64,000 nucleotides of DNA from an uncultured Acidobacteriota bacterium (GCA_963741955.1 CAVUKB010000007.1:800001-864000), one strand, 5' to 3'. Shown: positions 1 through 10,470, counted from the first letter of the stretch. The notes: generated from the letters alone by a model not told the origin. Numbers and translations: made by a program.

Positions 1-221
1 TGGCGCCGGCGAAGCTCCAGGAGGTTGCCGACGAGATCGAAACAGCGATCCACGAAACACCCGATCGGGAGATCTCGAGCGGCGATCTCGGAAAGATGGT
101 CATGCGCCGGCTGCGGGAGCTGGACCAGGTCGCCTACGTCCGCTTCGCTTCGGTCTACCGGCGCTTCGAGGCAGTCGAAGAATTCGTCCGTGAGCTCGAC
201 CAGCTCAAGGACGAGGCGTGA
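1..221 (+). CDS. nrdR: Transcriptional repressor NrdR, C-terminal part (5' truncated by window edge)
   Basis: Frame from position 3 reads ...EISSGDLGKMVMRRLRELDQVAYVRFASVYRRFEAVEEF..., containing the NrdR signature LDxVAYVRFASVY. TGA at 219-221. Not in the ORF track because it has no start codon in the window. Confidence 0.93.
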   Translation, partial: APAKLQEVADEIETAIHETPDREISSGDLGKMVMRRLRELDQVAYVRFASVYRRFEAVEEFVRELDQLKDEA

Positions 222-318
222 TGCGGGACGGGAACAGCCATTGCAGTCGAGCTGAGGAACGATTCGCACCCGGGAAAAATCAAACGTCGGTCCGCAGGCC
301 GGCAGTCGAGGGGACACC

Positions 319-2784
319 ATGACAGAGCCGAATGAATCTGCGAAGGAAGAAGCCATCAAGATCCCGGACGTACTTCCAGTGCTTCCGCTCAAGGATCTCG
401 TGATCTTTCCATTCATCATCGTCCCCCTGTCCGTGTCTAGGGAGAAATCGATCAACGCAGTCGATCAGGCGCTCGCCGAGAACCGCGTGATCATGCTCAC
501 CGCGCAGAAGGATTTCCAGAACGAAGATCCGGGCGAGGACGATCTCTACAGGATCGGGACGGTGGCGATCATCATGCGGATGCTCAAGCTTCCCGACGGT
601 CGCATCCGCATTCTGGTGCAGGGCCTGGCGCGGGCACGGGTCGATTACTTCATCCAGACCGCGCCGTTCTTCAAGGCCAAGATCACCCGGATCGAAGAGC
701 CGGTCGTGAAAGAGCGGGGACTGGAGACCGAGGCACTGATCCGCTCGGCCAAACAGAACCTGGACAAGGCCGTGTCGCTCGGGAAGAACATCTCCCCCGA
801 AGTGATGGTGATCGCCGCGAATCTGGACGACCCGGCGCGACTGACCGATCTGGCAGCCTCGAATCTCGATCTCAAGCTGGAAGAAGCGCAGAACATCCTC
901 GAGACGCTCGATCCGGTCGAGCGCCTCAAGAAGGTCAACGACATGCTGGTGCGGGAGATCAACCTCCTCACCATGCAGCAGGAGATCTCCAGCGCGGCCC
1001 AGGGGGAGATGAACAAGAGCCAGCGCGAGTACTTCCTCCGGCAGCAGCTCAAGGCCATCCAATCGGAGCTCGGAGAAGGAGAAGAGCTCGCCGAGGAGAT
1101 CGAGAATTACCGCAAGAAAATCGAAGAGAAGATGATGCCGGAGGAGGCGAAGGAGGAGGTCGACAAGCAGATCAAGCGGCTCGAGCGCTCCCATCCCGAC
1201 TCCGCCGAGACGTCGATCATCCGAACCTATCTCGACTGGATGACCGGCCTCCCGTGGGGTGTGATGTCTCAGGACAACCACGACCTCCAGCACGCCCGCA
1301 CCATTCTCGACGAGGACCACTACGATCTGGAGAAGATCAAAGAGAGGATTCTCGAGTACCTCGCCGTCCGGAAGCTCAAGGGGACGAAGATGAAGGGTCC
1401 GATCCTCTGCTTCGTCGGCCCTCCCGGTGTCGGAAAGACCTCACTCGGCCGTTCCATCGCCCGCGCTCTGAACCGGAAGTTCGTGCGCATCTCTCTCGGC
1501 GGCGTCCGCGACGAGGCCGAGATCCGCGGGCACCGGCGGACGTACGTCGGCGCGCTCCCCGGGCGGATCGTCCAGGGGATCAACCAGGCCCAGACCGGCA
1601 ACCCCGTATTCATGCTCGACGAGGTGGACAAGATCGGCGCCGATTACCGCGGTGATCCTTCGTCGGCGCTGCTCGAGGTTCTCGATCCCGAACAGAACTT
1701 CTCGTTCCGCGACCACTACCTCGGCGTCGCGTACGACCTGTCGAACGTGATGTTCATCGTCACCGCGAATGTCCTCGAGACCATCCAGCCGGCCTTCCTC
1801 GACCGGATGGAGATCATTCGACTCTCCGGCTACACGGACGAGGAGAAGATCATGATCGCGAGGCGCCACCTGATCCCGAAACAGATGGAGGAGAACGGGA
1901 TCACCCAGACCGAAGTGGTCTGGACGGACCTCGGGATCACCAAGATCACCACCGGCTACACGAAGGAAGCGGGCCTGCGGAATCTGGAGCGGGAGATCGG
2001 CACGATCTGCCGGAAGATCGCCGTGGACCTGGCGGAAGGAAAAGCGAAGGAATCGTACCGCATCACCGATTCGACGGTCGAAAGATACCTCGGGCCGATG
2101 CGTCACTTCACCGAAGAACTTCTCGAGCGCGATCAGGTCGGCGTCGCCACCGGTCTCGCCTGGACGGCGGTCGGCGGTGACATCCTCTTCATCGAAGCGA
2201 TCGCAGTGAAGGGGAAGGGGAAGCTGCAGCTCACCGGTCAGCTCGGTGACGTGATGAAAGAGTCCGCTCAGGCTGCGCTCACCTATTCGCGCGCACATGC
2301 CGAAGAGCAGGGAGTCGATCCGGACTACTTCGAGAGTCACGACATCCACATCCACGTTCCCGCCGGTGCGATCCCGAAGGACGGGCCTTCCGCCGGAATC
2401 ACCATGACTCTCGCCATCATCTCCGTGATCACCCGGCGTCCGGTCCGCCGGAACGTCGCGATGACTGGAGAAGTGACCCTCCGCGGAGAGATCCTCCCGA
2501 TCGGAGGGGTGAAGGAGAAAGTCCTCGCGGCACGCGCGGCGAAGCTCAACACGGTGATCCTTCCGAAGCTGAATCAGAGGGATCTGGTCGACGTTCCCGA
2601 TCCGATCAAGAGGGACATGACCTTCTACTTCGTGGAGCACGTCGAAGACGTCCTGAAGATCGCGCTGCTGGAACCGGAGAAAGCGGAACAGAAGACCGTC
2701 GACCGCTCGGCACGGGAGGCGACCCGTCTGTCGGAGCCGAAGCCGGCCACGGATGAAGAGCCGGTCGTGCACCAGGCGAAGTAG
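319..2784 (+). CDS. lon: ATP-dependent Lon protease (LonA)
   Basis: N-terminal LON domain, Walker A GPPGVGKTS, LDEVDK, and protease motif PKDGPSAG with downstream GGVKEK. Confidence 0.98.
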   Translation: MTEPNESAKEEAIKIPDVLPVLPLKDLVIFPFIIVPLSVSREKSINAVDQALAENRVIMLTAQKDFQNEDPGEDDLYRIGTVAIIMRMLKLPDGRIRILVQGLARARVDYFIQTAPFFKAKITRIEEPVVKERGLETEALIRSAKQNLDKAVSLGKNISPEVMVIAANLDDPARLTDLAASNLDLKLEEAQNILETLDPVERLKKVNDMLVREINLLTMQQEISSAAQGEMNKSQREYFLRQQLKAIQSELGEGEELAEEIENYRKKIEEKMMPEEAKEEVDKQIKRLERSHPDSAETSIIRTYLDWMTGLPWGVMSQDNHDLQHARTILDEDHYDLEKIKERILEYLAVRKLKGTKMKGPILCFVGPPGVGKTSLGRSIARALNRKFVRISLGGVRDEAEIRGHRRTYVGALPGRIVQGINQAQTGNPVFMLDEVDKIGADYRGDPSSALLEVLDPEQNFSFRDHYLGVAYDLSNVMFIVTANVLETIQPAFLDRMEIIRLSGYTDEEKIMIARRHLIPKQMEENGITQTEVVWTDLGITKITTGYTKEAGLRNLEREIGTICRKIAVDLAEGKAKESYRITDSTVERYLGPMRHFTEELLERDQVGVATGLAWTAVGGDILFIEAIAVKGKGKLQLTGQLGDVMKESAQAALTYSRAHAEEQGVDPDYFESHDIHIHVPAGAIPKDGPSAGITMTLAIISVITRRPVRRNVAMTGEVTLRGEILPIGGVKEKVLAARAAKLNTVILPKLNQRDLVDVPDPIKRDMTFYFVEHVEDVLKIALLEPEKAEQKTVDRSAREATRLSEPKPATDEEPVVHQAK

Positions 2785-3073
2785 CGGGAAGTTTTCAGAG
2801 TCCCGTCAGTCGAAGGCTCGTCGCTCTCACGCGGGAGTCGCCTGAGGCGAGAGTCCGAGGCCGGCTCCGTCGCGAGCGCCGAACGTCGGGCTCGTGGCAT
2901 CCATCACTCGCGGCGGGACGCCGCTCGCCATCGCGCGGGGACGCGGGACCCACGGTTGGTCTCTGAAACGTTCGGTTTCGCAGCCGATGTCGCGTCGATT
3001 CTTCTGCGACTGAGCACAGTCTCCGAAGAATGTTCTGTTTTTGGAGCTACCGACGAATATTCTGCGCCGCGGA

Positions 3074-3667
3074 TCAGGCGAAGCGCCGGATCAGCCGGTG
3101 TGCCGACGGAAGAATCGCGGCGGCAATCGCGACCTTGACCAGATCACCCGCGAGGAACGGCAGCGAACCGATCGTGAATGCCTTCGCTGCGCCGAGGTGC
3201 AGCGGAGCGGCGAGCCACGACCATCCGCCGACGTGGATCACGGCCGTGGCGGCAAGCATCGAGGCGGTGGTGCCGGCGAGGGTTCGGGTCCATCCCTTTT
3301 CTGCGGCGAAGCCGGTGATGAATGCGGCGGCCGGGAACGCGTAGAGGAATCCCGCGGTCGGTCCGACGAACGGAAGGAGGCCGGCGCCGCCGTGAGCGAG
3401 CACCGGAAATCCGCTCAGCGCTTCCACCAGATAGAGGATCACTGCGGCGGCGCCCCGGCGGGAGCCGAGCACGGCGCCGATCAGCAGCACCGCGAGCGAC
3501 TGCAGAGTCATCGGAACGGGTGAGAAGGGGAGTACAACCGCGACCTGAGCCGAAAGAGCGAGAAGAACACTCGCGCTGACCACGAGCATCACGTTCATCA
3601 TCGCCGAGCGATGGATCACGCGATCCTCAAGTACTTTCGGTAGTGTGACGATGCCGCTTTCGTTCAT
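3074..3667 (-). CDS. bioY: Biotin transporter S-component BioY
   Basis: Motifs PFSPVPMTLQSLAVLL, GPTAGFL and PFLAGDLVK; hydrophobic. Start re-called at ATG 3667 inside the longer track ORF. Confidence 0.9.
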   Translation of the reverse strand: MNESGIVTLPKVLEDRVIHRSAMMNVMLVVSASVLLALSAQVAVVLPFSPVPMTLQSLAVLLIGAVLGSRRGAAAVILYLVEALSGFPVLAHGGAGLLPFVGPTAGFLYAFPAAAFITGFAAEKGWTRTLAGTTASMLAATAVIHVGGWSWLAAPLHLGAAKAFTIGSLPFLAGDLVKVAIAAAILPSAHRLIRRFA

Positions 3668-3696
3668 CCGAGCCCTCCCGACGAATTTCGCGCCCA

Positions 3697-6249
3697 TTAT
3701 GCCATTTCCGTCCTCTCTGACGTCACCCCGGCCCTCTTTTTCTCCAGAACCAGCACGGCCGGAACGAGAGTGATCGCCGCGAGACCGCTCAGAAGAATTC
3801 CGAACGTCGAGGCGTAACCGATCGATCGAAGCCCCGGATAATGCGACAGAGCAAATGATCCGTATCCGACGATGGAAGTGATTGCGGCCATGACCACGGC
3901 TTTTCCGGTCTCCGAGGCGCCGCGGGCGAAGTGATCCCGATTCTCGAGGAACCGTTCGAGCATGTAGACGGCGTAGTCCGTGGCGACGCCGATGATCATC
4001 AGCCCCACGAAGACGTTCATGAAGTTGAACTCGAGATCGAGCGCCGCCATCAGTCCGAGCATTCCCGTCGCTCCGGCGATGAACGGGACGAAGGTCATGA
4101 TGGTCATTTTCACGGTGCGGAAGCTGAGAAACATCAGGAGAAACACCGCGATGAAACCGATCAGCGTCGCGCGGATGGCGTCCGCACGGACGATCCGGCG
4201 GAGCGTTCCGCTGACCAGATTCACTCCGGTCAGAATCGATCCCGGATGACGGTCCTGCAGCGCGAGAAGTGCGGGGGGAACGTCGCGCTCCCACACCCCT
4301 CCCGTCGGATAGACGTAGGTGACGGACATGAAGCCGTCCGGAGTCTTCTTCACGAAGCGGCTGGCGAGCCGCTGGATGTTCGCGTCATCGATGCTCTCGA
4401 GGGTGATCGGACCCTTCGGATCGAGTGCCTGATGGAAGAGGTCGAGGTAGTGGTCCCATCCGCCAGGACGGAACCCGTTCGCGGCGAGCGCCGCGCGGAA
4501 CGTCTGCGAGATGCGGTCGAAGGAGAACGTGTCGTCCCGCCCTTCGTGCAGCATTCGAATCACCTGGTTCTGCTGGGCAGTGGTCGGAAGAAGTGAGCCG
4601 ATCGACTGGTACGAAGCGATGGTTCCGTTCTGCACCAGCTGCTCGAGGTCCGCGCTCGAGGCCTGAGTCCTCTCGAGCGTCGAATCCATGCTCTTCCCTT
4701 CGACCACGTACATCATGAAGTCGAACGACTGCCCGAACTTCTTCGTCAGCTGCTCCTGGACTTCCACTCCCTGATTCCCCTTCGCGCGGAGATCCTGGAT
4801 GTTGTCGCTGAAGCGGATCTTCGTGGCGGCGACTCCCGCCAGGATCACGAAGATCGACCAGAACGCGATCGTCTTCCGCGGATTGGCGATGCTCCAGTCG
4901 ATCACGTGATGCGATCCGAACGAGTGGAGGAAGAGGCGCGGATCTTTCCCGTTGCCGCTGCTCTTCCGTTCCGAACGGATGACCAAAGCGGGAAGGAGGA
5001 ACGTCACGGCGAGAAGAAAGAAGAGGATGCCCGTCCCGGTGAGGAAGCCGAGCTGGCGCATCCCGCGGAAGTCGGTTGCCAGGAACGCGTAGAACGTCGC
5101 GGAGGTGGTGATCGCGGCGATGAAGACGCCGGGAAGCGTCTTTCGCATCACGATGCGGATCGCGTCATCGAGCCCCACCCCGCGATTCCGCTCGTCGACG
5201 TAGCGACCGTACATCACGGTGATGAAATCGATCCCGAGACCGGCGAGGAGCGCCGCGAAGCCGGCGCTGGCGGACGAGAGAATTCCGTAGACCGCGCCGG
5301 CGATCCCGAACGTCATCGCCAGCCCGAGGGCCATCGGGATTCCGGCGTACGCGATCGACGCAGCACGGCGGAACGCGTAGAGGAAGAGCGCCAGGACTCC
5401 GAAGAACGAGAAGAGGACGTTGACCACGATGTCCTTCTTGATCAGCTCCGCGTCGCCGAACGCGATCATGTACCCGCCGGTGTATTGGATGGTCGGAACG
5501 GGAGTGCCGCTTCCGGCGCTCTTCCGGAACGCGTCGACCGCCTTCTTCTCGATCTCCGCCTTCGCGGCCACCAGCTTCCGGGCGAACGGGATGTCCTGCG
5601 CCGGCCGCTTCGGCTTGGTGAGAATCAACAGGGTCGAATGATCTTCGGAGAGGTAGTAGCCGCTGGTGACGTCGAGGCGGAACCCGTTTCCGGCGCTCTT
5701 GAACCGCCGAAGATAGATCGGGAGGAGATTGAACGGGTCGTAACGGATCACCTCCTTCATCGCGAACGACTGCGGAGTGCGGAGGATCTCGCGGTCCCGG
5801 GCGACCGTCTCGCGGATCTGCTCGTCGGTGAGTTTCCCCGCAACCTCCCGGAGCTCGGATGGGGTCAGGAGAAGCATCGATCGGGGGAGGAGCTCCTCGA
5901 TCATCTCCAGCGGATTGGGAATCCGGTAGACGACGTCGTTGATCAGCGGAGACGACTCGTACCCGCGGGCGATGTTCTCGATCAGTGAGTCGTACTCGTG
6001 GACGTCGTGGCCCCCGGGAATCTGCATCACCACGATGTGGTAGTCGATCGTCCCCATCTCGGTGAGCACTTTTCTGAAGTCGTTGACCTCGTGGTTGTGC
6101 TGCGGGATGAGGTTGAGGATGTCGGGGTCGAACGAGAGGAGCGAAGCTCCGGCGAGGGCGGCGAGAGCGAGAACGGCTGAGGCGACGAGGATCCGCCGGG
6201 TGTGGTGGAGGCAGATGTTCGCGATCGTGTCTGTGACTCGGTCGAGCAA
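3697..6249 (-). CDS. MMPL/RND-superfamily lipid exporter (HpnN-like)
   Basis: Two repeats of a large periplasmic loop followed by a TM bundle, with GLGIDF and GVATDYAV motifs. Start uncertain: TTG 6249 with an upstream AGGA, or ATG 6354. Confidence 0.85.
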   Translation of the reverse strand: MLDRVTDTIANICLHHTRRILVASAVLALAALAGASLLSFDPDILNLIPQHNHEVNDFRKVLTEMGTIDYHIVVMQIPGGHDVHEYDSLIENIARGYESSPLINDVVYRIPNPLEMIEELLPRSMLLLTPSELREVAGKLTDEQIRETVARDREILRTPQSFAMKEVIRYDPFNLLPIYLRRFKSAGNGFRLDVTSGYYLSEDHSTLLILTKPKRPAQDIPFARKLVAAKAEIEKKAVDAFRKSAGSGTPVPTIQYTGGYMIAFGDAELIKKDIVVNVLFSFFGVLALFLYAFRRAASIAYAGIPMALGLAMTFGIAGAVYGILSSASAGFAALLAGLGIDFITVMYGRYVDERNRGVGLDDAIRIVMRKTLPGVFIAAITTSATFYAFLATDFRGMRQLGFLTGTGILFFLLAVTFLLPALVIRSERKSSGNGKDPRLFLHSFGSHHVIDWSIANPRKTIAFWSIFVILAGVAATKIRFSDNIQDLRAKGNQGVEVQEQLTKKFGQSFDFMMYVVEGKSMDSTLERTQASSADLEQLVQNGTIASYQSIGSLLPTTAQQNQVIRMLHEGRDDTFSFDRISQTFRAALAANGFRPGGWDHYLDLFHQALDPKGPITLESIDDANIQRLASRFVKKTPDGFMSVTYVYPTGGVWERDVPPALLALQDRHPGSILTGVNLVSGTLRRIVRADAIRATLIGFIAVFLLMFLSFRTVKMTIMTFVPFIAGATGMLGLMAALDLEFNFMNVFVGLMIIGVATDYAVYMLERFLENRDHFARGASETGKAVVMAAITSIVGYGSFALSHYPGLRSIGYASTFGILLSGLAAITLVPAVLVLEKKRAGVTSERTEMA

Positions 6250-6407
6250 TGAGAATTCCTGTCCTGGAGAGTCGCGTGTCGTCGGTGGTCCGGACGTTCC
6301 AGGCGGAGGGCCCGGACCCGGGGTATGGCCGCCTGTGCCGCGCGGGGATACCATGCATCGCGAAGATCCGTCAAGGATCGACCCGATTCGAAAAGAGGAC
6401 AACGAGA

Positions 6408-6995
6408 GTGCCGGAGCGACGATTCCTTCCCGTGATTGCCGCCTTGCTGCTCGCAGCATGCGCCCGACCTGCTCCCTTGACGCCGGCGCGCGCGAAGCAG
6501 ATCGTCGAGTCGCAGGTGTTCCGTTCGGAGCCGGTGTACGCGGAGGTCCCGATGACGGTCCGCTTCGGCCCCTCTTCCCCCGAAGATGCCTACGACGGGC
6601 TCTCGGTCCGCACTCTCCGCAATCTCGAGCGCGCCGGAGTGGTCACCGTGCAGCACGAGATCGAGAAGGATGGGACGGAGGTCTACCGGGCGACGGTGAC
6701 CAGGAAGGGCTTTCCACTTCTCGGAACCGTTCCGAGTGCGCGTGGAACGGCATTCCGGGCGATGATCTGCCGGAAGCTCTACGACGGCGTCCGGAATTTC
6801 GTGCGGCATCCGACCGACCCGACCGTCGGACGGGTCGAGATCGTCTGGCACTACGGAGATCCGACTCCGCTCTATCCGATGTTCGAGACGAGGATCGACA
6901 AGCCTCTCGACCGGCCGATGGTCTCGATCGCGTCGATCCGCTGGGAGTCCGGCGCGTGGCACCTCGATATTGTGGTGAAGAAGGAGCCGGGGTAG
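6408..6995 (+). CDS. Hypothetical lipoprotein
   Basis: GTG start gives MPERRFLPVIAALLLAAC (lipobox LAAC). Resembles the lipoprotein at 26100-26697. Confidence 0.75.
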   Translation: MPERRFLPVIAALLLAACARPAPLTPARAKQIVESQVFRSEPVYAEVPMTVRFGPSSPEDAYDGLSVRTLRNLERAGVVTVQHEIEKDGTEVYRATVTRKGFPLLGTVPSARGTAFRAMICRKLYDGVRNFVRHPTDPTVGRVEIVWHYGDPTPLYPMFETRIDKPLDRPMVSIASIRWESGAWHLDIVVKKEPG

Positions 6996-7006
6996 GAGGC
7001 GGGGAC

Positions 7007-7110
7007 GATTTGCGCGAATTCCGCGATTTGCGCGCGAGATTCCCACGCCTCCGTCGCCGGGCCAGGAGAGAAAAATCGGTTCTCTGAATCGCGCAAATCG
7101 CGCAGTTCGG
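7007..7110. repeat. Short intergenic inverted repeats between convergent genes
   Basis: GATTTGCGCG occurs twice on the left, and the complementary TCGCGCAAATCGCGCA occurs on the right. Confidence 0.5.
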
Positions 7111-7118
7111 ATTCTCAC

Positions 7119-7616
7119 TCACCTCGCCCGGTTTCGTTCCTCCTCCCGCACACGCGCGTCGGACTGCTCGCGCATGTACGTTCCGGCGAGCGTGGCGCGC
7201 TCGAAGATGTGGCCGTCCATCCGCGTCTCGAGCTCTTCGCGGGAAGCTCCGGCGGCAAGATCGACTTCGGTGTCGAGCGCGTACGCCGTGAAGCGGTAGC
7301 GATGGCGCCCTGCGGGTGGACAGGGGCCGGTCCAGCCGGTGGATCCGGTGCCGTTGGTTCCCTGCGTCGCGCCGTTGTCGAGCTTCGAGCGTCCCGCTCC
7401 TTCGGCGAACGTGGCCGCGGTCACCGGGATGTTCCAGACCAGCCAGTGGACGAACGTTCCGCTCGGCGCGTCGGGATCGTCGACGATCAGTGCGAGGCTG
7501 TGAGCTTCCCGCGGAATGGAGGTGATCTGGATCGGGGGAGAGGTGTTCTCTCCGTCGCAGGTGTAGCGGGGCGGGATGTCGCCGCGATCGCGGAATGCCG
7601 AACTTCGAATCTCCAT
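7119..7616 (-). CDS. YbhB/YbcL family (PEBP/Raf kinase inhibitor-like) protein
   Basis: Motifs YTCDGENTSPP, DDPDAP, FVHWLVWNIP, GPCPP and HRYRFTAYALD. RBS AGGAGG upstream. Confidence 0.93.
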   Translation of the reverse strand: MEIRSSAFRDRGDIPPRYTCDGENTSPPIQITSIPREAHSLALIVDDPDAPSGTFVHWLVWNIPVTAATFAEGAGRSKLDNGATQGTNGTGSTGWTGPCPPAGRHRYRFTAYALDTEVDLAAGASREELETRMDGHIFERATLAGTYMREQSDARVREEERNRAR

Positions 7617-7672
7617 GTCGTGCCTCCTGTCGAAGAACGACCGGCGGATCGGGGCCGGTGGGGGGCGAGGTC

Positions 7673-8212
7673 CTACTCGCCGAGCTGCTTCGGAACCTTC
7701 CGGACTGCCTCGTAGCCGTTGTGCAGCCAGTCGGAGACGGTCACCGATGCGAACATCGCGTCGACGAAGCGCGCCGCACTCCGGTTGAAGAGATAGGTCG
7801 AGTAGAGCGCTCCGGCGATCCACGGTCCGGTACAGAATGGACAGGTCAGAAGGTCTCCGATCGCACGCTGCAGACCCGACCCCCTGGACGTCTCGGAGAC
7901 CTCTCCCGAGCCGGTCGACTCGTTGAATTCCGTGAACGGCGCTCGGATGGGACTGGTGATCCAGTCCCTGGTCACGATTCGGGTCAGTTTGTGCGTGGCG
8001 ATTCCGAAGAGCGCGATGTCGCGCCCCGAGAGCCGTCGCGGAAGTTTCTTCCCCGAGATTGCGGCGGCCGCGAGAACGCCCGCCGCGGCCGTCCCGAATG
8101 CCGCAAGGATCGCGACGTAGCCGCCGAGCGGCATCTCGCCTCCGTCGCCGTAGGCGTCGCGCACGAGACGGAGTTTCGACGCGCTTTCTGCCCCATGATC
8201 CGCTTCGGTCAT
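7673..8212 (-). CDS. DUF1360-type membrane protein
   Basis: ATHKLTRIVTRDWITSPIRAPFT and IGDLLTCPFCTGPW. Confidence 0.75.
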   Translation of the reverse strand: MTEADHGAESASKLRLVRDAYGDGGEMPLGGYVAILAAFGTAAAGVLAAAAISGKKLPRRLSGRDIALFGIATHKLTRIVTRDWITSPIRAPFTEFNESTGSGEVSETSRGSGLQRAIGDLLTCPFCTGPWIAGALYSTYLFNRSAARFVDAMFASVTVSDWLHNGYEAVRKVPKQLGE

Positions 8213-8276
8213 ACGAAAAAGGAAAGCAAGAAATGCTCCACGAAGGAGCGGAGACGGGCGTGTCGGAAACCGCGCC

Positions 8277-9722
8277 TCAGGCGTCGAACCAGCGTGCGAT
8301 CTCGAACGGATGGGGACGATTGCGGACCGCGCGGTCATCGGCCCGCAGATGCGCGATCAGATCGAGAATCTGCGCCTCTTCGAAGACGTCGCCGGCCAGG
8401 AGGAAGTCGTGGTCCAGCTCGAGTGCATCGCAGGCTTCCGAGATCGTGGTCGGAAGGCTGCGAATCGCGCGCCGCTGCTCTTCGGTCGCACTGAAGACGT
8501 CGAAGTCGACCGGACCGAACCCTTCCTCTCGCGGATCGATCTGCCGGAGGATCCCGTCGATGCCGGCCATCAGCTGCGCCGCGAGCGCGAGATAGACGTT
8601 GCAGCTCCCGTCCGGCGGGCGGAACTCGATCCGTGCCGTCTCCTCCCGGTCCGCGTACTTCGGGACCCGGATCGCCGCGGAGCGGTTGCCGAGAGAAAAG
8701 ATCGCCGAGACCGGCGCTTCGAAGCCCGGAACCAGACGCCGATAGGAGTTCGTGCTGGGATTGGTGATCGCGAGAAGTGCGGCTCCGTGGCGGAGGATGC
8801 CTCCGATGTAGTGGAGCGCGGTAGTGCTGATGTGCCCGTAACCGCTCGCATCGAAGAAGACGTTGCGGCCGCCGAGCCGCAGCATCTGGTGGAAGTGCAT
8901 CCCGTTGCCGGCTTCGCCGTACAGCGGCTTCGGCATGAAAGTCGCGGTCTGGCCGTGCCGTGCCGCGACGTTCTTCACCACGTATTTGATGATCTGCGTC
9001 GCGTCGCCGGAGAAGAGGATGCCGGCGAGAGGCGTCTCGATCTCGCACTGGCCCGGGCCGCCGACCTCGTGGTGGTGGTACTTGATCGGGATGCCGAGGT
9101 CTTCGAGGAGGAGTGAGATCTCGTCGCGCAGATCGTGGAGCGAATCGTTCGGCCGAATGGCGTGATACCCGCCATGGAGTGGATTGAGATGCCCGTGTCC
9201 CGCCGTCGCGCCGTTCCATGCGGCTTCGTCGCTCTCGATCCGGTACGACGCGACGTTCACTCCGTTCTCGATCGCGATGTTGCGGAAGACGTAGAACTCG
9301 TATTCCGGTCCCCACACGCTCTCGTCCGCGATCCCGGTACTCTGCAGAAATTCTTCGGCGCGCCGGACCACATTCCGCGGATCGGCAGCGAACGGAAGGC
9401 GGGTATCCGCTTCGAACGCCGAACAGATGAAGCTGAGCGTCGGCACCGTGGAAAACGGGTCGCGAAACGCAGTGGTGAGATCGGGGAGGAGAACCATGTC
9501 CCCCGATTTGACCGACTTGAGCCCGACACTCGATCCATCGAAGCCGACCCCTTCCCGGAGAAGCCGCTCGTCGAACTGGCTGACCGGAAGAGTCACGTGG
9601 TGCCACCGTCCCCAGAGGTCGCTGAACTTGAGGTCGATCATCCGGATCCGCTCGGCGGCGATCCGGGCGTTGAGTGTCTGGAGGCGGGACGTCGATTCGG
9701 TCGCTTCGAGAATCGCGGGCAT
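8277..9722 (-). CDS. glnA: Type I glutamine synthetase
   Basis: FDGSS, HHEVGGPGQCE, ATFMPKP, GNGMHFH, NSYRRLVPGFEAP, NRSAAIRVP and RIEFRPPD. Confidence 0.95.
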   Translation of the reverse strand: MPAILEATESTSRLQTLNARIAAERIRMIDLKFSDLWGRWHHVTLPVSQFDERLLREGVGFDGSSVGLKSVKSGDMVLLPDLTTAFRDPFSTVPTLSFICSAFEADTRLPFAADPRNVVRRAEEFLQSTGIADESVWGPEYEFYVFRNIAIENGVNVASYRIESDEAAWNGATAGHGHLNPLHGGYHAIRPNDSLHDLRDEISLLLEDLGIPIKYHHHEVGGPGQCEIETPLAGILFSGDATQIIKYVVKNVAARHGQTATFMPKPLYGEAGNGMHFHQMLRLGGRNVFFDASGYGHISTTALHYIGGILRHGAALLAITNPSTNSYRRLVPGFEAPVSAIFSLGNRSAAIRVPKYADREETARIEFRPPDGSCNVYLALAAQLMAGIDGILRQIDPREEGFGPVDFDVFSATEEQRRAIRSLPTTISEACDALELDHDFLLAGDVFEEAQILDLIAHLRADDRAVRNRPHPFEIARWFDA

Positions 9723-9925
9723 CAGAGTTTCCCTTTCGGCCGGAGCATCACGCCCGGCGAGGAGCGGGAGGAACAGACACTTCTGTCGTGCAGCCTCCCG
9801 GGACGCAAGCTTCTGACGGAGAGGGCGGCAGACGCTACGAGATGGATCACAGGGCCGGGTGATGAGAAAGGAAGAACACCGATGCGGATTGTGGAGCCGT
9901 GAATCGACCGGGGCGAGCTGGGGGG

Positions 9926-9942
9926 AGCGGGCCGCGTGCCGG
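9926..9942 (-). promoter_or_regulatory. Possible sigma54 -24/-12 promoter for glnA
   Basis: Minus strand CCGGCACGCGGCCCGCT has GG-N10-GC spacing and a good GGCACG, but a weak -12 element. Confidence 0.3.
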
Positions 9943-9957
9943 TTGCGGAAAGGGAAT

Positions 9958-9975
9958 ATGCGTGTTACAACACAC
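9958..9975. promoter_or_regulatory. Putative MarR operator 1
   Basis: ATGCGTGTTACAACACAC, 15/18 identical to the palindrome at 10487-10504, just upstream of the marR start. Confidence 0.6.
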
Positions 9976-9990
9976 GTTGCGGGGTGACAG

Positions 9991-10470
9991 ATGGGCAAAG
10001 TGCTGCAGCGCCGGATCCGGCAGACGAGGTTCGAGAGCCCCTTCCAGGAAGCGGTGCTGAACCTCTATCTCGCCGCAAACCACGTCCGGGATCTCGAGGA
10101 GAAGGCGATGCGCGAGCGCGATCTGACCGGACCTCAGTACAACGTCCTGCGGATTCTGAAGGGAGTCCATCCGGAAGGGCACCCGCGCTGCGACATCGCA
10201 TCCCGAATGCTCGACCGCGCTCCTGACGTGACCCGTCTCATCGATCGTCTGGAGCAGAAGGGGCTGGTCGAGCGCGACCGCGACGCCAGCGACCGGAGAC
10301 TCTCGGTCACCCGCATCACGAAGAAGGGACTGGAGCTGGTGGACCGGATCACGGCCGAGCTCCGAATGTCGACGGACACTCTCGCGAAGCGGATCAATCC
10401 CGCGGATGCCCGGGAGCTCTCGCGGATCTGCGAGCTGATCTACGGAGACGAAGTCGAAGGTGAAGGATGA
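9991..10470 (+). CDS. MarR family transcriptional regulator
   Basis: QYNVLRILKG...DVTRLIDRLEQKGLVERDRDASDRR..ITKKG winged helix. Confidence 0.93.
   Translation: MGKVLQRRIRQTRFESPFQEAVLNLYLAANHVRDLEEKAMRERDLTGPQYNVLRILKGVHPEGHPRCDIASRMLDRAPDVTRLIDRLEQKGLVERDRDASDRRLSVTRITKKGLELVDRITAELRMSTDTLAKRINPADARELSRICELIYGDEVEGEG

Noticed and set aside
280-2772. Long antisense and alternative-frame ORFs (e.g. 280-1320, 1441-2772, and similar ones over mtrC, mtrB and the giant gene)
   Set aside because: Shadow ORFs expected in high-GC coding DNA; they overlap well-supported genes and show no motifs.
2790-3070. Possible ncRNA or small ORF between lon and bioY
   Set aside because: Only short GC-rich imperfect palindromes (REP-like GCGGGACGCCGC); no recognisable RNA family or credible ORF.
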